Notes: generated by a model from the sequence alone, not told the origin. Counted from the first letter of the whole stretch, positions 11,761 through 25,420 are shown. The stretch: DNA of 63,907 bases, filler included, from Octopus bimaculoides (GCF_001194135.2; 6 parts of 6 records of this genome joined end to end with filler, not necessarily neighbours in it); one strand, 5' to 3'. Numbers and translations: made by a program.

Positions 11761-12950
11761 CTCTAATTCATTTGCCTTATATATTGGATGCCATCTTTTA
11801 CGATATCTTATTTTATCCACTGTTAATGAAAAGAATAGTTCTTATATTAGTTTAAAATATACTATGTATTTGTATTCATATCCTAATTTAATTCCGTTAT
11901 ATACTTATTATAGAATGCTTTTATCATGACCTTCTGTACACTGTGTTTAAGAAAAATCTTAATAGCTTTTCTTACACATTAAAGTATCCCATTATTAGAA
12001 TTTAAATTTATTTCTATCCTTATTCAATATATTGATTTAAATATTCTCAATTTAATATTATAAACTTGCTAAGTTATGTTTCACTACCTCCTGATTCCTT
12101 CAATTCTAAATTCCGCCCCTAAAGTTTATATTACTTACCCCTTTTGGTTTTCATTATATTCCCCTTTAATATGATAATCAAAACAAATAATGGCCACCCC
12201 ACTTTATTCCATTTATCACTCACCGTTTTCTCATCAGGCATTCCCTTATTACTAACCCTACAACTTATCCTTTTTGTGTAGATAAATCTAGATATATGGT
12301 TCCAGTACAGTGAGAGTCTTGTAGATTGTCTGACATTAATTTATTTATCACCATTAACTAGAATACAGTTGGCAATTCCCAATAGATTTGATTGTAAATG
12401 GCTGAAGACTACATTCTACATAAAATCTTCTAAATATAAAGTAACTAGGTTACCATTCTGTTTCTTCTGATCCCCGCTATTTCCCCTGCTACTTTTTTTA
12501 ATTATTGCAGACGTGACAAGGTATGCGTTATTTTACTCAATAACTCATTCTGCCACAGATATGACAAAAGAAACTATGTAAATATTTTGAGTTCCATTAT
12601 TCATGTGAATATGTTAAGGAAATGGTTGTATCCTTTATGCTTGAAATCTATGCGGTCATTTGAAGAGAACGGTTTCTTTCAAAAGATGTAATATTTTTAT
12701 TAATCAACTGAAGGAGTCACTTGAAACGGCCGTAATGAATTGATATCTGTACATCTTTGCTACTCATTTATATTTTATTCCCCTAATATGGGATCCGGAC
12801 TTCGTAAATACTATAGAAAGTACCTTTATAAAAAAGTACAGCTTTGAATCACCAAGAGCGGATATTTTCACTTAGCTGGGCAGCTTTGTTTGGGTTTGCG
12901 AATTATATCGACCTACCAAGGTGCTTCAATTTAAGTACCTAATTCAACGG
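11760..12950 (-). mobile_element. Highly degenerate Penelope-like RT relic
   Basis: Only faint motif traces (PK...ENI, SKDV, YLEDF) in AT-rich sequence full of stops. Similar traces at 14100-14500 (+) and 1-800 (-). Confidence 0.3.
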
Positions 12951-12962
12951 AATCGTAATGAT

Positions 12963-13045
<83 letters not shown>

Positions 13046-13254
13046 TATATCTTTTAAAGTCGTTTGCGGGAAACGTTTTTGAGTGTGCATATAAAAGCTC
13101 GTATTTTATAATGTCGGATGCCCACAGATTCTTCTGTGTTAAGAATGATACCTAGCTCCTTTGCTATTTATGTCGTTGTATGTCGAGTTTCTGTTTTGGC
13201 GATCCTATTCGCGAGGAGTTCGATAATTTTTTTGAGAAATGAACGGCTGCATCA

Positions 13255-13560
13255 CGTACAGGTTTAGGGAAGAGCTGACAAACCGAAAGAAGCCCATCGT
13301 ACACACACACACACACACACACATGTGTATATACATATGTGATTGTGTCTTTTTGTCCGTGTTTGTCCCGCCCCACCGTTTGACAACCGGTGTTTGCGTG
13401 TTTACATCCCCATACTTTAGCAGCTCAGTAAAGAGGTCGATAGAATAAGCACCAGGTTTTAAAATATTAATAATACTAGTGTCGTTGCTTTCGACTAAAA
13501 AAATTCGAGGCGGTGCCCTGCATGGCTGCTGCCTAATGGCTGAAACAAGTAAAAGAGATA
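13255..13560 (+). mobile_element. SINE family B copy
   Basis: gaaagaagcccatcgta(CA)n...tgacaaccggtg...gcatggc...ggctgaaacaagtaaaaga. Confidence 0.8.
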
Positions 13561-15000
13561 ATATATATATATTAGAATATACATAATATATATATATATA
13601 TTAGAAAATATTAAAATATACAGCTCTTTCTGTGACAGACTAGCATGTCTGTACACTGGATATTCCGTTATCAGAGTCAAGGTGAGTATGTATGAAAGTT
13701 CTAGACAGGGAAATGCGCAGTTTATAAGGAATAAAATAGTAGATAGAAGAATAAAAGTAGATAGAAGAATACAAGCAGGAGAATAAAGTTCACAGCACAT
13801 TCTTTTCCATATGGTAAAGCTGAACCTAGAATAAATGAGAAAAGAAACTATAATTTCCATAAAGATCCTTTTCATGAAAGGTGGAATTAAAATAACTATC
13901 ATTCTACTTCAGAAATGCTAAAGAAAAAAACTTAATACCATATCAAAAAATCTCCAGTGTTACTCTTAAACTATTTCTTGTCCTTACAAAAAAAAAAAAA
14001 GTAATTTACAAAATGACCCATAAAAATTAAAATCAATTGTATTTAAGGTAAAATAAGATTTTCAAATTAAATATATTAGTTAATCATAACGATTAATGAG
14101 AATAACTTGCACGAAAAAATAAATAAATAAAGCCTTCGACGATCCAAACACAAACAATATCCCTATCTGTAAAGAGACTATTAGTCCCACAATCTAAAAA
14201 TAACGTATATATAAAAATCTCATAAAAAAAATATTTCCATACTCAACTATAAATTACAACATAAACCCTACCGCCCAAAAGTCCTCTTTAAACCTAGAAA
14301 CTAAACGTGACTCCCATACATCAAAATCAAATATTGCTTCATTAGTTTCCGCAATTCTAGAAGCAGCTTACATTATGGATATAAAAGGATTAGTTAAAGA
14401 TATGCACCAAATATACTGATGTTTTACTAAACTCACTGAATTTATCCTTCTTATCATCAGAGAAACTACATATTAAAATCAATAGCCTAACCTTGTTAGA
14501 AATCCTTTGAGAAAACCATTACAACATTGCATANNNNNNNNNNNNNNNNNNNNNNNNNNNNNNNNNNNNNNNNNNNNNNNNNNNNNNNNNNNNNNNNNNN
14601 NNNNNNNNNNNNNNNNNNNNNNNNNNNNNNNNNNNNNNNNNNNNNNNNNNNNNNNNNNNNNNNNNNNNNNNNNNNNNNNNNNNNNNNNNNNNNNNNNNNN
14701 NNNNNNNNNNNNNNNNNNNNNNNNNNNNNNNNNNNNNNNNNNNNNNNNNNNNNNNNNNNNNNNNNNNNNNNNNNNNNNNNNNNNNNNNNNNNNNNNNNNN
14801 NNNNNNNNNNNNNNNNNNNNNNNNNNNNNNNNNNNNNNNNNNNNNNNNNNNNNNNNNNNNNNNNNNNNNNNNNNNNNNNNNNNNNNNNNNNNNNNNNNNN
14901 NNNNNNNNNNNNNNNNNNNNNNNNNNNNNNNNNNNNNNNNNNNNNNNNNNNNNNNNNNNNNNNNNNNNNNNNNNNNNNNNNNNNNNNNNATATATATATA

Positions 15001-16009
15001 CAACGATGACAGAAGTTGATAGACATCCCATAAAACATCGTTTTATGTTTACTCTAACTTGTAAAGGTTTATATTTTTTATTAAGTAACATTCTTATGTT
15101 TCAGATTTTATATATGACTGTTTAATCATGCCATGTACAAAAGAAACCTTGGAACTGTCTGGATTCCAATGAGGCCGTATTGTGGGGCATTCTGAAGCTG
15201 GACATAGCGTTAAATCGCAGAAAACCTTACGATCCTGTTTTCTACAGTTAATAGAGTGATTATGCAATTCACTAAAGAGGGGGAAATGTACACATCACCT
15301 TGCTCAGATCAAACAGGGCCCTCTGACAGGACCCTTTTCTTTGTTATGAGAAGTGTGGCGAATAATCCTCGTTGCAAGGCTTCTAACATAGCAGAGCAAG
15401 TTGATGTCTGTCCCAGAACAGCTGTCAGGTATCTCCCCAAACTTGGTTACTATGACAAAGCAGCAAGAAGGAAGCAACTTCGTTGACCAGCCAACATCAA
15501 GCGGAGAAATGATTGGGCCAGTGAGATGGTGGAGAGGCCACTAGTATTTTGGGACTCTGTCATATTTTCAGATGAGACCAGATTTGCTGTATTTCCCGAG
15601 AGTGGTCGAGTGTGGGTCTGGAGACTATGTGATCAAGAATTTGATGCGGAAAGATTGCAACCAGCAATGAAACACAGCAGCTATCCTGTGATGGTTTGGA
15701 GAGCAATTTGGAGCAATGGTTCATCAGAGCTGGTGGAGTGTGAGGGAAAGATAAACTCAAATAAATATGTGTCCTTATTGCAGAAAAGATCCTTCCAATC
15801 TGCTCCAGTGGTGAAATGATTAAAGAAGACTTCACTTGTGGAAGATGGGACTCCTTGTCACACGACTAAAATAACCGTAGATTTATTGGATGAGAATAGC
15901 ATTAAAAAGCTTCCATGGTCAAGCCCGTCACAGGATACAAACCCTATTGAACACGTCTGGAACATAATGGATAAGACACTTCATAAAAAGAATAAGAAAG
16001 CCTCTTCAA
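15001..16009 (+). mobile_element. Tc1-like (DD34E) transposon, degenerate, right end lost in a gap
   Basis: VIFSDETRF, VMVW.AIW, MEDGTPCH and PWSSPSQDTNPIEHVW motifs spread over frameshifted ORFs from ATG 15128. Confidence 0.9.
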
Positions 16010-16837
16010 NNNNNNNNNNNNNNNNNNNNNNNNNNNNNNNNNNNNNNNNNNNNNNNNNNNNNNNNNNNNNNNNNNNNNNNNNNNNNNNNNNNNNNNNNNN
16101 NNNNNNNNNNNNNNNNNNNNNNNNNNNNNNNNNNNNNNNNNNNNNNNNNNNNNNNNNNNNNNNNNNNNNNNNNNNNNNNNNNNNNNNNNNNNNNNNNNNN
16201 NNNNNNNNNNNNNNNNNNNNNNNNNNNNNNNNNNNNNNNNNNNNNNNNNNNNNNNNNNNNNNNNNNNNNNNNNNNNNNNNNNNNNNNNNNNNNNNNNNNN
16301 NNNNNNNNNNNNNNNNNNNNNNNNNNNNNNNNNNNNNNNNNNNNNNNNNNNNNNNNNNNNNNNNNNNNNNNNNNNNNNNNNNNNNNNNNNNNNNNNNNNN
16401 NNNNNNNNNNNNNNNNNNNNNNNNNNNNNNNNNNNNNNNNNNNNNNNNNNNNNNNNNNNNNNNNNNNNNNNNNNNNNNNNNNNNNNNNNNNNNNNNNNNN
16501 NNNNNNNNNNNNNNNNNNNNNNNNNNNNNNNNNNNNNNNNNNNNNNNNNNNNNNNNNNNNNNNNNNNNNNNNNNNNNNNNNNNNNNNNNNNNNNNNNNNN
16601 NNNNNNNNNNNNNNNNNNNNNNNNNNNNNNNNNNNNNNNNNNNNNNNNNNNNNNNNNNNNNNNNNNNNNNNNNNNNNNNNNNNNNNNNNNNNNNNNNNNN
16701 NNNNNNNNNNNNNNNNNNNNNNNNNNNNNNNNNNNNNNNNNNNNNNNNNNNNNNNNNNNNNNNNNNNNNNNNNNNNNNNNNNNNNNNNNNNNNNNNNNNN
16801 NNNNNNNNNNNNNNNNNNNNNNNNNNNNNNNNNNNNN

Positions 16838-16904
<67 letters not shown>

Positions 16905-16946
16905 AGCTGCTGCTGCTGCTGCTACTGCTACTGCCACTTATTCTTC

Positions 16947-16981
<35 letters not shown>

Positions 16982-17600
16982 GGTGTTGTTGTTGTTGTTG
17001 TTGTTGTCTGATATTTTGTCAACCTTGCAGCAGTGTGAGAAGAAATCACGCAGTTGAGCTTAAACATCCTGATAAACGTTGGCTGGTATTGATTTTTGGA
17101 ATCTGGAGGAATTTAATTTTTGTGCATTGATTGAAATATCGGTAGCATATCCATTAAGAGTCGATGGAAGGCCAGTTAATCATAGTGTCAAAGGGAGAAC
17201 TGGAAGAATCGATTGTACTTACGATTTACGGAGGTATTCGAAAGCGTTCCTCCCTAAGACTTTGTGCGTACAAAATTATTCTTTATCTGTCCTTAGCCAG
17301 CTTGTCACGAAACCTTCGAAGGACAAACCACATATAGTTTGCAGGTAAGTCTTCCATCCTTGAAAAATCCCCAAAGGTACAACTTTAGATGACCAATATT
17401 TTCCTTAACTGGTTGTCTCATATATTAATAAAAACAGATTTAAACATGGCCTAGATATACAGATGTAACCCGATTAAGGCAACAGAATCAACAACAGAAT
17501 TTGTGATACATTAGAATTTATAGTAAGCACTTCGATTGATAATCTACAAAGGTAGACATAGTACCGAATGGTTAAAACTGGATCTGTGAACTGCTTAATA

Positions 17601-18828
17601 TCAGGTCATTAAGAATGAAATGTCCAATTTTGAACTGAAAGCAATGCAGTTAATCAAATCTAAATTATCAACACAATTTTGCCATTTTATTGGTAGCTTA
17701 TTTATGTCAGCAGAGAAAAATTCTGGAGAGCAAGAGGTGATGAAATCACGAAAGGCTGTTTTCGCACCTTGTTCAGTTTTTTCCTTGTAAAACGTTGTCT
17801 AGTGCCTGGAAAATGTGATAGTCAATTAGTGCGAGGTCTGATGAATATGATGTGTAAAGAGTACTTCCAAGTTCAGATCCTGTAACTTAAGTGGCGTTCT
17901 TTGTGCAACATATGCTCGAGCATTGTCTTGCAACAGAATTGGCCTGTCTCTGTTAACCAATCTCGGTTGTTTAATTGCAAGTTCACGCATCATTTCATCC
18001 AGCTTGTTGATGTATACATCCGCTGTAATTGGCTTACCAGGTCTCATGAAGTTGTTGTGGATGATACCACCGCTGAACCACCAGAGACACCATTAGCTTT
18101 TCTTTGACGAATATCCTTTTTTGAATTGTGTTTTTGCAATTCGTCGCTATCCAGCCACCATGTAGAACGCTTGCTATTGTTGAAAAGAATCCCTTTTTCC
18201 TCACACGTAACAATTCGATGCAAACATATTTCGTTTTTATGCCGTAACAGCAAAGAACAGTAAGTTTCAAGACGACGTGTCATTTGATGCTCATTCAGTT
18301 CGTGTGGTACCCACTTGTCCAACTGCTTTATCTTACCGATTTGTTTCAGATGGGCCAATACAGTTGGAATCGAAACATCAAACCTTGCTGCTAACTCACG
18401 CGTAGTTTGAGATGTATCCGCTTCCACTACAGTTTCCAGCTCATCATTATCAACCTTGGCCTCAGGTCTACCAGGAGACTGATTTTCAAGAGAATAGTAA
18501 CCAGACCGAAACCTCTCAAACCATCGACGTACAGTGCGTTCATTCGCCACATCTTCACCAAATACCTCATTGATGTTTCAAGCTGCCTGGGATGCATTGG
18601 TTCCACGACCGAACTCATATTCATAAACAACACGGATTTTTTTATCTATCCATGATTCAAAAGAGAAAGATCACAATATAGTCAGACACCATGAATTGTA
18701 TTTCGAAAAGTGATGATGTAACTCTTCAATGTTGTAAAACAAGGAATTGTCAGGATAAAACAATTAGAGTTAACGACTGTCAAACTTGGTGCATAAGAAA
18801 AGCGGACATCTCCTTCTTAATGACCTGA
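17601..18828 (-). mobile_element. Full-length mariner (DD34D-type) transposon, transposase pseudogene
   Basis: Inverted termini TCAGGTCATTAAGAA.GA.ATGTCC at 17601 and ending at 18828, each flanked by TA. Transposase from ATG 18653 has a HTH region, WVPHEL, IVTCEEK, LLQDNAR and a degenerate YSxDLA; stops and frameshifts present. Confidence 0.93.
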
Positions 18829-19005
18829 TAAAAGATTGGTTGACCAGAGACGTTGTATTGCTACTACTCGTTCTCGTCAACTATGAACAACTTTGTTAAC
18901 CATGTCTCTACACCTTATGTTACATTTTTTTGTATAAATTTTGCAGTTATTTTTTATTTAATTTCATAAATGATTTTATTTATTTATTTCGTTTTGATAA
19001 CACAG

Positions 19006-19239
19006 AAAAATGTCCAGTAAATATTATTTACGGTGGTCAGTTTAAAAATGACGGAAACGGAGTCAGACCAGAGGCTAAAACTTTCATTGATTGTCTGAAA
19101 CTTTGTAGAGACACTGCTTCGTGCTATTCTACCAACTTCGACGTGACCACATCCAGATGTTACTTGAATCCCGATAATTCCACCAGCGCCTATATCACAA
19201 TAACAAGCAATAATTGGATAAGCACTGAGGTCGATAGAT
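19006..19239 (+). CDS. PAN/Apple-domain exon of an unrecognised, probably extracellular protein
   Basis: acacag| acceptor, |gtaagc donor, symmetric phase 1-1, 234 nt open. KCPVNIIYGGQF...DCLKLCRDTASCYSTNFDVTTSRCYLN has PAN-type Cys spacing (C-x3-C-x5-C-x-S...C-x-L). Confidence 0.7.
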
Positions 19240-19278
19240 GTAAGCTGACCTTTTAGCGTCTCTCTCCCTCTCTCTCCC

Positions 19279-19360
19279 TCTCTCTCCTATTCCTTCTCTC
19301 TCCTATTCCTTCTCTCTCCTATTCCTTCTCTCTCCTATTCCTTCTCTCTCCTATTCCTTT
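19279..19360. repeat. 16-bp minisatellite (TCTCTCTCCTATTCCT) x~5
   Basis: Direct inspection; immediately downstream of the PAN exon donor. Confidence 0.85.
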
Positions 19361-20854
19361 TCTCTCTATCTATCAATCTTCTGTCTATCCATTCCATCCT
19401 TATACATACATAAAACATACAAACATGTATGTACGCATACATACATGCATGGATGCATACATGCATGCCTACATACATACATGTATATGCGTATTTTTGC
19501 TGCATAGATGTGCAGTTGCATATATAACCAGCAATATTCTGCCATGTACCTTCATTCAGTGTCTTTCTACAAGCAAGGTCCGCAGCTAACTGAGTTTACT
19601 TATGCATGGATAGCTTATATCCTTATTTTTCTATGGTTTCAAACATCAAAGGAGAATGAACGAGAGATGTTGAAAATTGATATGGCGATGGAATTTACTT
19701 TGTAATTGATATCGTGTTAACCTTAAGTCCAAGACGAAACTGAGAATTCGATACAATAAATTTGGTCAAAGTGTATATCTTATTGTTTTAATACATTTTC
19801 ATTTACGTATTAAAACGGATTAAATGAATATAAATTTAATATAATTAAATAGATTGAATGAATTCTGTCATACATATAGTCAAGATTCCCATACGAAACG
19901 TTCACTTGTTAACTGAGTTTTAGATTATATGGAAATTACTCTGTCTTATATGTGTTGCTATGATTTGTGAAAAAAAAACGATATTTTAAGCTTGTAAGAA
20001 TGCGGATAACTAGTTGAAAGTTAAACCAAATATTATCCTTACATTTACCCCTTAAATTCAGACACTTCAACTTTGTGCAGCGGATACTGTCCTATCCAAC
20101 ACCTGAATGGAAGTATCTAAATGTTTCTCAATGCAGGTATGGACATCTCAAGGCCTGTTTAGGTCTACGGCTAAGCAACTGTTTTTTCAATATAAGAATT
20201 TGGTAAATTTCCTCTATGTATAGGTCACATCTTTTTCCCTCCTGTTATATACGTTACAGATCTGCTAATTTTGTCTCATTCTATACTAAATCAAATATTT
20301 TTATTAAGTGACTAGACGAACTTACTCAAGCTAATGCTGCGCATCTTAATTCTTAAACAAACTTAAATGGTCTTGATTTGAAGTTTGTCTGGATGACAAC
20401 TATATTAAAACACTTGTATGAAAATGTAAATTAATATTTACAAATGAAAATGTTAATAGAGATATACTTCTGCAAAATGTACTTGGAATTTCTTCAGTTT
20501 CGGATTAAAATATCTTTATATATAACTTGGCAGAAGACAAAAATTAACACACACATGGAAAACGTGAGAGAAATTTCCATACTATTTTCCTTCCTCATTC
20601 ATCTTGACGTTTCTGAATGTACTCACCTTCAACAATTCAAAACTGGAACATTAACGAACATTAATGGTTGAATCTTATTGTTCTTGGAGGGACAGGATGA
20701 GTATGAATACTGCTTCTTATTCCAAACTCAGCAAGTTATATGTATGTACATGTGTGTGTTCTTTGCAATTGTGTATGTGTATGTGTGTTCCTGTATGTAT
20801 ATTAATCATGTGTTTATACACAGCTAATAGTAAAATTACGTCGTTGATTTTCAG

Positions 20855-20944
20855 ACAAGTTTGACAACGACCCAAATATTTTGTCAGATTTAAATGGATT
20901 GGGATGTGATGTGAAATTCTTATACTTTCTCCATTTCATACAGG
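20855..20944 (+). CDS. Candidate linker exon between the two PAN exons
   Basis: ttttcag| and |gtacgt; 90 nt open, phase 1-1, which would keep the frame. A direct 19239->22033 splice gives TAG. The 3' half also looks like a polypyrimidine tract, so this is weak. Confidence 0.25.
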
Positions 20945-21812
20945 GTACGTTGACATTTTCAGTAAATTATTTCTGTATCATTTTGTTTTAGTTGCATTTA
21001 AATAAAATAACTCAATGAGATATTTTATCTAAACCTTCAGAATATGAAAATGACCAGGTGATTTTTGCCTCAAACAGGCCAACCGGTTTTTGCCCTATTT
21101 TTCAGACAGGCGTCGTTTAATTCCTGTATTGTTTCTTTCTTTTCCTTCTTCTCTTTCGTCTTGGCATTTTAATACAATTTACATTTTATCAATTTGAAAA
21201 TTTTATCAATTTCAAAATCTAACTTTCTTGTTGTTTAAGATTTTACCACAAATTCAATACCTTTCCCTTTTTTTATACGTTTCTAGTTTTGCTTCAGTAA
21301 TATCAGTTTTTAGACTGTCGGAAGCAATGCCTGTACAAAGAGTTGACTAACAGGAGAAATGCGAGCGCAGTAGTCATAAAATTAATAGCTGAATCTAAAA
21401 ATATACAGCAGCAGGAAATTTAAAGTCCTAAAAATATTTTAGCTGAAGTTGGAGTTGAAATACAAAAATGATTTTAGATTCGTTCAAATGTATATGGATA
21501 CACCAACTATTGAATCTCTTCGCCTATGAAGAGAATTCTCTATGAAACTTCTTATATTCACTTCCTATGAATATAATGGATAAAGTAGTCTTTCTTTCAA
21601 AATTTAAAAAATACTCAGGTAGCTTATACTTATAATTTTACATTTCTAGCTGTGCTTACATTTAGGAATATAGAAACATGTGCTTATCTACTGGGAGGGC
21701 TGAAGAAAATCACTAGGATGCAATTTACCTTGTCTGTTAACAAATTAGCAATTATTTTCAAACAAACCGCGTGTGTACATACATATACATAATACATACA
21801 TACATAATTGAT

Positions 21813-21869
<57 letters not shown>

Positions 21870-22032
21870 GAAAGAAAAATATCTATATATACAAATATAA
21901 ACATATATATGTGTGTTTGTATGTATGAGCGCGTGTTTGTATATTTCTTAATGAGTACGAGCATATGTAAGTACAGAATTTATAGCACTTTCCTTTTCTT
22001 TTGATATTGTTTTACCTTTTATGCTTTTACAG

Positions 22033-22220
22033 AGAGACGCAACGACGCTACAGAGAGGGGTGCTCGTTTCTCCAAGCGACAGAATACATTTGGTGACATA
22101 AAGTTAAAAACAGTCACTCCTACTGGCAGCTTTTATGACTGTGCTATCAAATGTATCACATCTCCGGAATGTTTGGGGATCAAATATGAATTATTCTGCC
22201 AAATGGCAGTAAAGTATTGA
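22033..22220 (+). CDS. Second PAN/Apple-like exon, likely the terminal coding exon of the same gene
   Basis: ttttacag| acceptor; RRNDATERGARFSKRQNTFGDIKLKTVTPTGSFYDCAIKCITSPECLGIKYELFCQMAVKY*, with C-x3-C-x5-C and a further Cys; TGA at 22218-22220. Not in the supplied ORF track. Confidence 0.6.
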
Positions 22221-22922
22221 AGTTCCAGAGAATTCTGTGAAACCCATTCTTCACACACAAGCACACACACACACTATATATATATATATATATATATACA
22301 CATACTGGTTTTGGTTGTGGAATTTCTGTGGCGGTTTACCCAGGCTAAAAGATATCCAACATTGCCCGTGATATATATTGCAAACGTATGTTCTCTGAAC
22401 AACCTTGCATTAGTAATGCTTTTGAAAATAACTTCATCATCACTTTGGTGTTTCTACAAATATTATAGACGCTTCGTATCACTGCAACTAACAGATGAAC
22501 TTCAGCACGTGATCGAATTTTAATTGAATTAATTTCATTTATAGATGTGAAATAACATTATGTTAGATACTTCCGAAATGTTTTCTCATTTTTTATGCTT
22601 TATATATCTAATAAAAATGCATACACACACAGGCATATATATATTATCATTATCTTATGATATTTACTTTGTATTATATCATACTTATTTATTGTGCTTT
22701 TACTTATTAATTTTCTATATGTGACTGGATTTTCATCGATGAGTTCATGAACCTTGGTTCTTTTCTCTAAAACTATATATTTATATTTTAGACTGTGAAA
22801 CTTAATTTGATTTTAATTTTTAATAAATTGAATTGAGTTTTTACTTGTAAATTTGCATTTTTATTCCTAATATTATATNNNNNNNNNNNNNNNNNNNNNN
22901 NNNNNNNNNNNNNNNNNNNNNN

Positions 22923-22934
22923 TTAATTAATTAA
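22923..22934. other. Artificial assembly linker TTAATTAATTAA inside an N gap (also 33509, 44102, 58602, 62766)
   Basis: The same 12-mer is isolated within Ns five times and places stop codons in all six frames. Confidence 0.9.
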
Positions 22935-23877
22935 NNNNNNNNNNNNNNNNNNNNNNNNNNNNNNNNNNNNNNNNNNNNTATATATATCCATCAATTTTCT
23001 TTCTGAAAAAGAGCGTGGGCTCGAAACATCAAAGACTCCTTCTTTATTTCCTCAGCGTCAAAGTAACAGACCTTGTTTGTTGTTCCCTCATCTGTCTGTG
23101 ATTTTTGCATCATTTTCAACCATATATATGCGTGTGTGTGTGTGCGTGTACATGTGTGTATGTGCATATGTGTGCGTGCGTGTGTATATGTGTGTATGTG
23201 CATATGTGTGCGTGTATGTGAATATATGTGCATGTGCGTGTGTGTGCGGGCGCGCCTGTGTTTTTTTTTTCTTTTTCACGATCCCTTTTGATCGAAATTC
23301 CACCCCTACTTCTTTCTTTTATTTTTTTTTGTCCCCCCGAAAGAAAAGCTCTACATTGTAGTTTGTCCACTTTCGGTATTTAGTCCTGTGTGGCCATAAT
23401 AAAAAGATATCTATCTATCTATTTCTCATTTTCAAATAGTCATCTTCGTCGTCAACTACATTGATTGAGATGGTTCATCTATGTAAAATAGGACATCAAT
23501 GCGTGTGTGCAGCATTTGCAGTTTCGCTCCCAAGTTCTTTTTCTCTCTCTTTACAACTTAAGCATAGAGAAAGAAGACGAGAAAGAAAAAGAAACACACA
23601 CTCACACACACACACACNNNNNNNNNNNNNNNNNNNNNNNNNNNNNNNNNNNNNNNNNNNNNNNNNNNNNNNNNNNNNNNNNNNNNNNNNNNNNNNNNNN
23701 NNNNNNNNNNNNNNNNNTATATATATATATATATACAAAGGAGTAGTATTGGAAGTTAGTCATCGTAGTAGTAATAATAGTATTAGTGGTGTTAGTGGTA
23801 TTTATTGTAGCTAGATAGATATATACTTATATACACACACACACGCACACACACACACACACACACATATATATACA

Positions 23878-23913
<36 letters not shown>

Positions 23914-24482
23914 ACAGATGCTCATACACACACAATCTGTTTTTTCCTATTCTCACTCTTGGCCTCTCTCTCACTCTCCCACTCTCACTCCTCCTGCCAC
24001 TCACATATTCACCTATGCTGTCTGTCCGTCTGCCTGTCTCCCTCCCTCTCCGCGTCTCCCTTTTTCCCTCTCTTCATCTTCTTCCCTCTATCCTTTCCCT
24101 CTGTCAGTTTTTTTTTGTCTCTCTTTGTCTATCTTTCTTTCTTTTGTCTCTCTGTTCATTTCTGTATCTCTCTGTGTCTTTTTCTCCCTGTTTTCCAGTC
24201 TCCTTCTCTCTCCATTTCCTTCTCCCCATCCCTCTCGCTTTTTCTCTCCCTTTCTACTATCTCTATCTCTATCTCTGTCTCTCTCTCCCTCTGTCACTCC
24301 CTCCCTTTCTCTCTCTCTCTCTCTCTCTCTCTAATCTCTAACCAGAATCATGTAACAATCTTCACACTATTACAATGACCTCTTGTCAATACTCAGGATG
24401 GTGCTTACAATCAACTTGTTGTCATACTTATTACTCAATGGAGCTTCTATGTAAATGTCTACACAACAGATCCAGATAACTG

Positions 24483-24529
<47 letters not shown>

Positions 24530-24535
<6 letters not shown>

Positions 24536-24715
24536 CCTTTCCAGTTATGGCACGCGGCATGAAATTTGTCGTTTGCATCTCCTCCATCCAGCGCTCAAAT
24601 GGTACTTATTGTATCAAGGACGACTTCGCCTTTCATCCTTTGGGAGGGATCGATAAAATATGTACAAGCTGAACACTGGGGTCGATGTAATTAGTTTCCC
24701 CAGCAATTCCCCCAC
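24530..24715 (+). mobile_element. SINE family D fragment
   Basis: gacttcgcctttcatcctttggg...gatcgataaaata...ctggggtcgatgtaat. Confidence 0.65.
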
Positions 24716-24729
24716 CATATTCTGTTTGT

Positions 24730-25230
24730 CTGTATTTCAACCATTTATTCTACACCAGTACTATTTCAGTTGACTCTCTCCCACGCTTCAGGCCTCTTTC
24801 ACAACCATCGGAGCGCGAAGCGCTTCTCACGACCGCAGGTTCGTGAGTTGGTTGTGATCTATAAACAGTTTTGAGTAGGAACCGGAAAATGAAGTATGAA
24901 CACGCAATGCGCTTGTCATACAAGTTATATGATGGTCTGCATGCCACGTCTGACACCACTGACACACTGACACACTGACACACTGACACACGCAGCTTTG
25001 CGGTAATTTTCTTGTTTCAAAAATCAAAACGGATTTCTAAGAAACAAGGTTTCGAGACGTCGAGAAACTCTAAGGGAATACGACGAGGTAATTAGTATCT
25101 CCCCAAAAAGGAGTTCCAGGGATACTGCCATCAATGGAAAGAACACTGGATAAAGTGTGTTGCTTCAGAAATGCGGTTACTTCAAAGGAGATTAAATACC
25201 GAATTGTTGTTTGTTGTAGTTACCTTTTTT
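24730..25230 (+). mobile_element. Internally deleted mariner remnant (transposase C-terminus only)
   Basis: Frameshifted translation at 25010-25195 resembles the mariner end 'FFLFPK.K...RF..IE...EFQ.C...W..RW.KC.AS.G.YFEGD*'. Confidence 0.5.
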
Positions 25231-25420
25231 AAAGCACCAGTCCCGATGCTTTTTGATCAGACTTCGTGTGTCTAAGTATGTATACGACAGCACGCTTATG
25301 TAAATATATGTATGTGTGTGCGTATGCACATGTATATCTGCAATTTTATGTGTATATATACGTATTTTTTAATGTTTTAATGTGTATGACTACGTGCGTA
25401 TGTATATATGCGTGTGTTTG

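Noticed and set aside
18930-19005. N-terminal 'signal peptide' of the 108-aa ORF
   Set aside because: Starts at a TTG inside an intronic T-rich tract; the splice acceptor at 19005 explains the boundary better.
20062-20136. 75-nt exon with a strong donor between the PAN exons
   Set aside because: In the required phase it contains an in-frame TAA; only a weaker internal donor at 20113 would rescue it.
21050-21620. Possible MULE-like transposase relic
   Set aside because: Only a vague impression; no motif could be read with confidence.
23877-24378. ORFs of 149-165 aa in all three + frames
   Set aside because: CT/GT-rich low-complexity sequence that lacks stop codons by composition.
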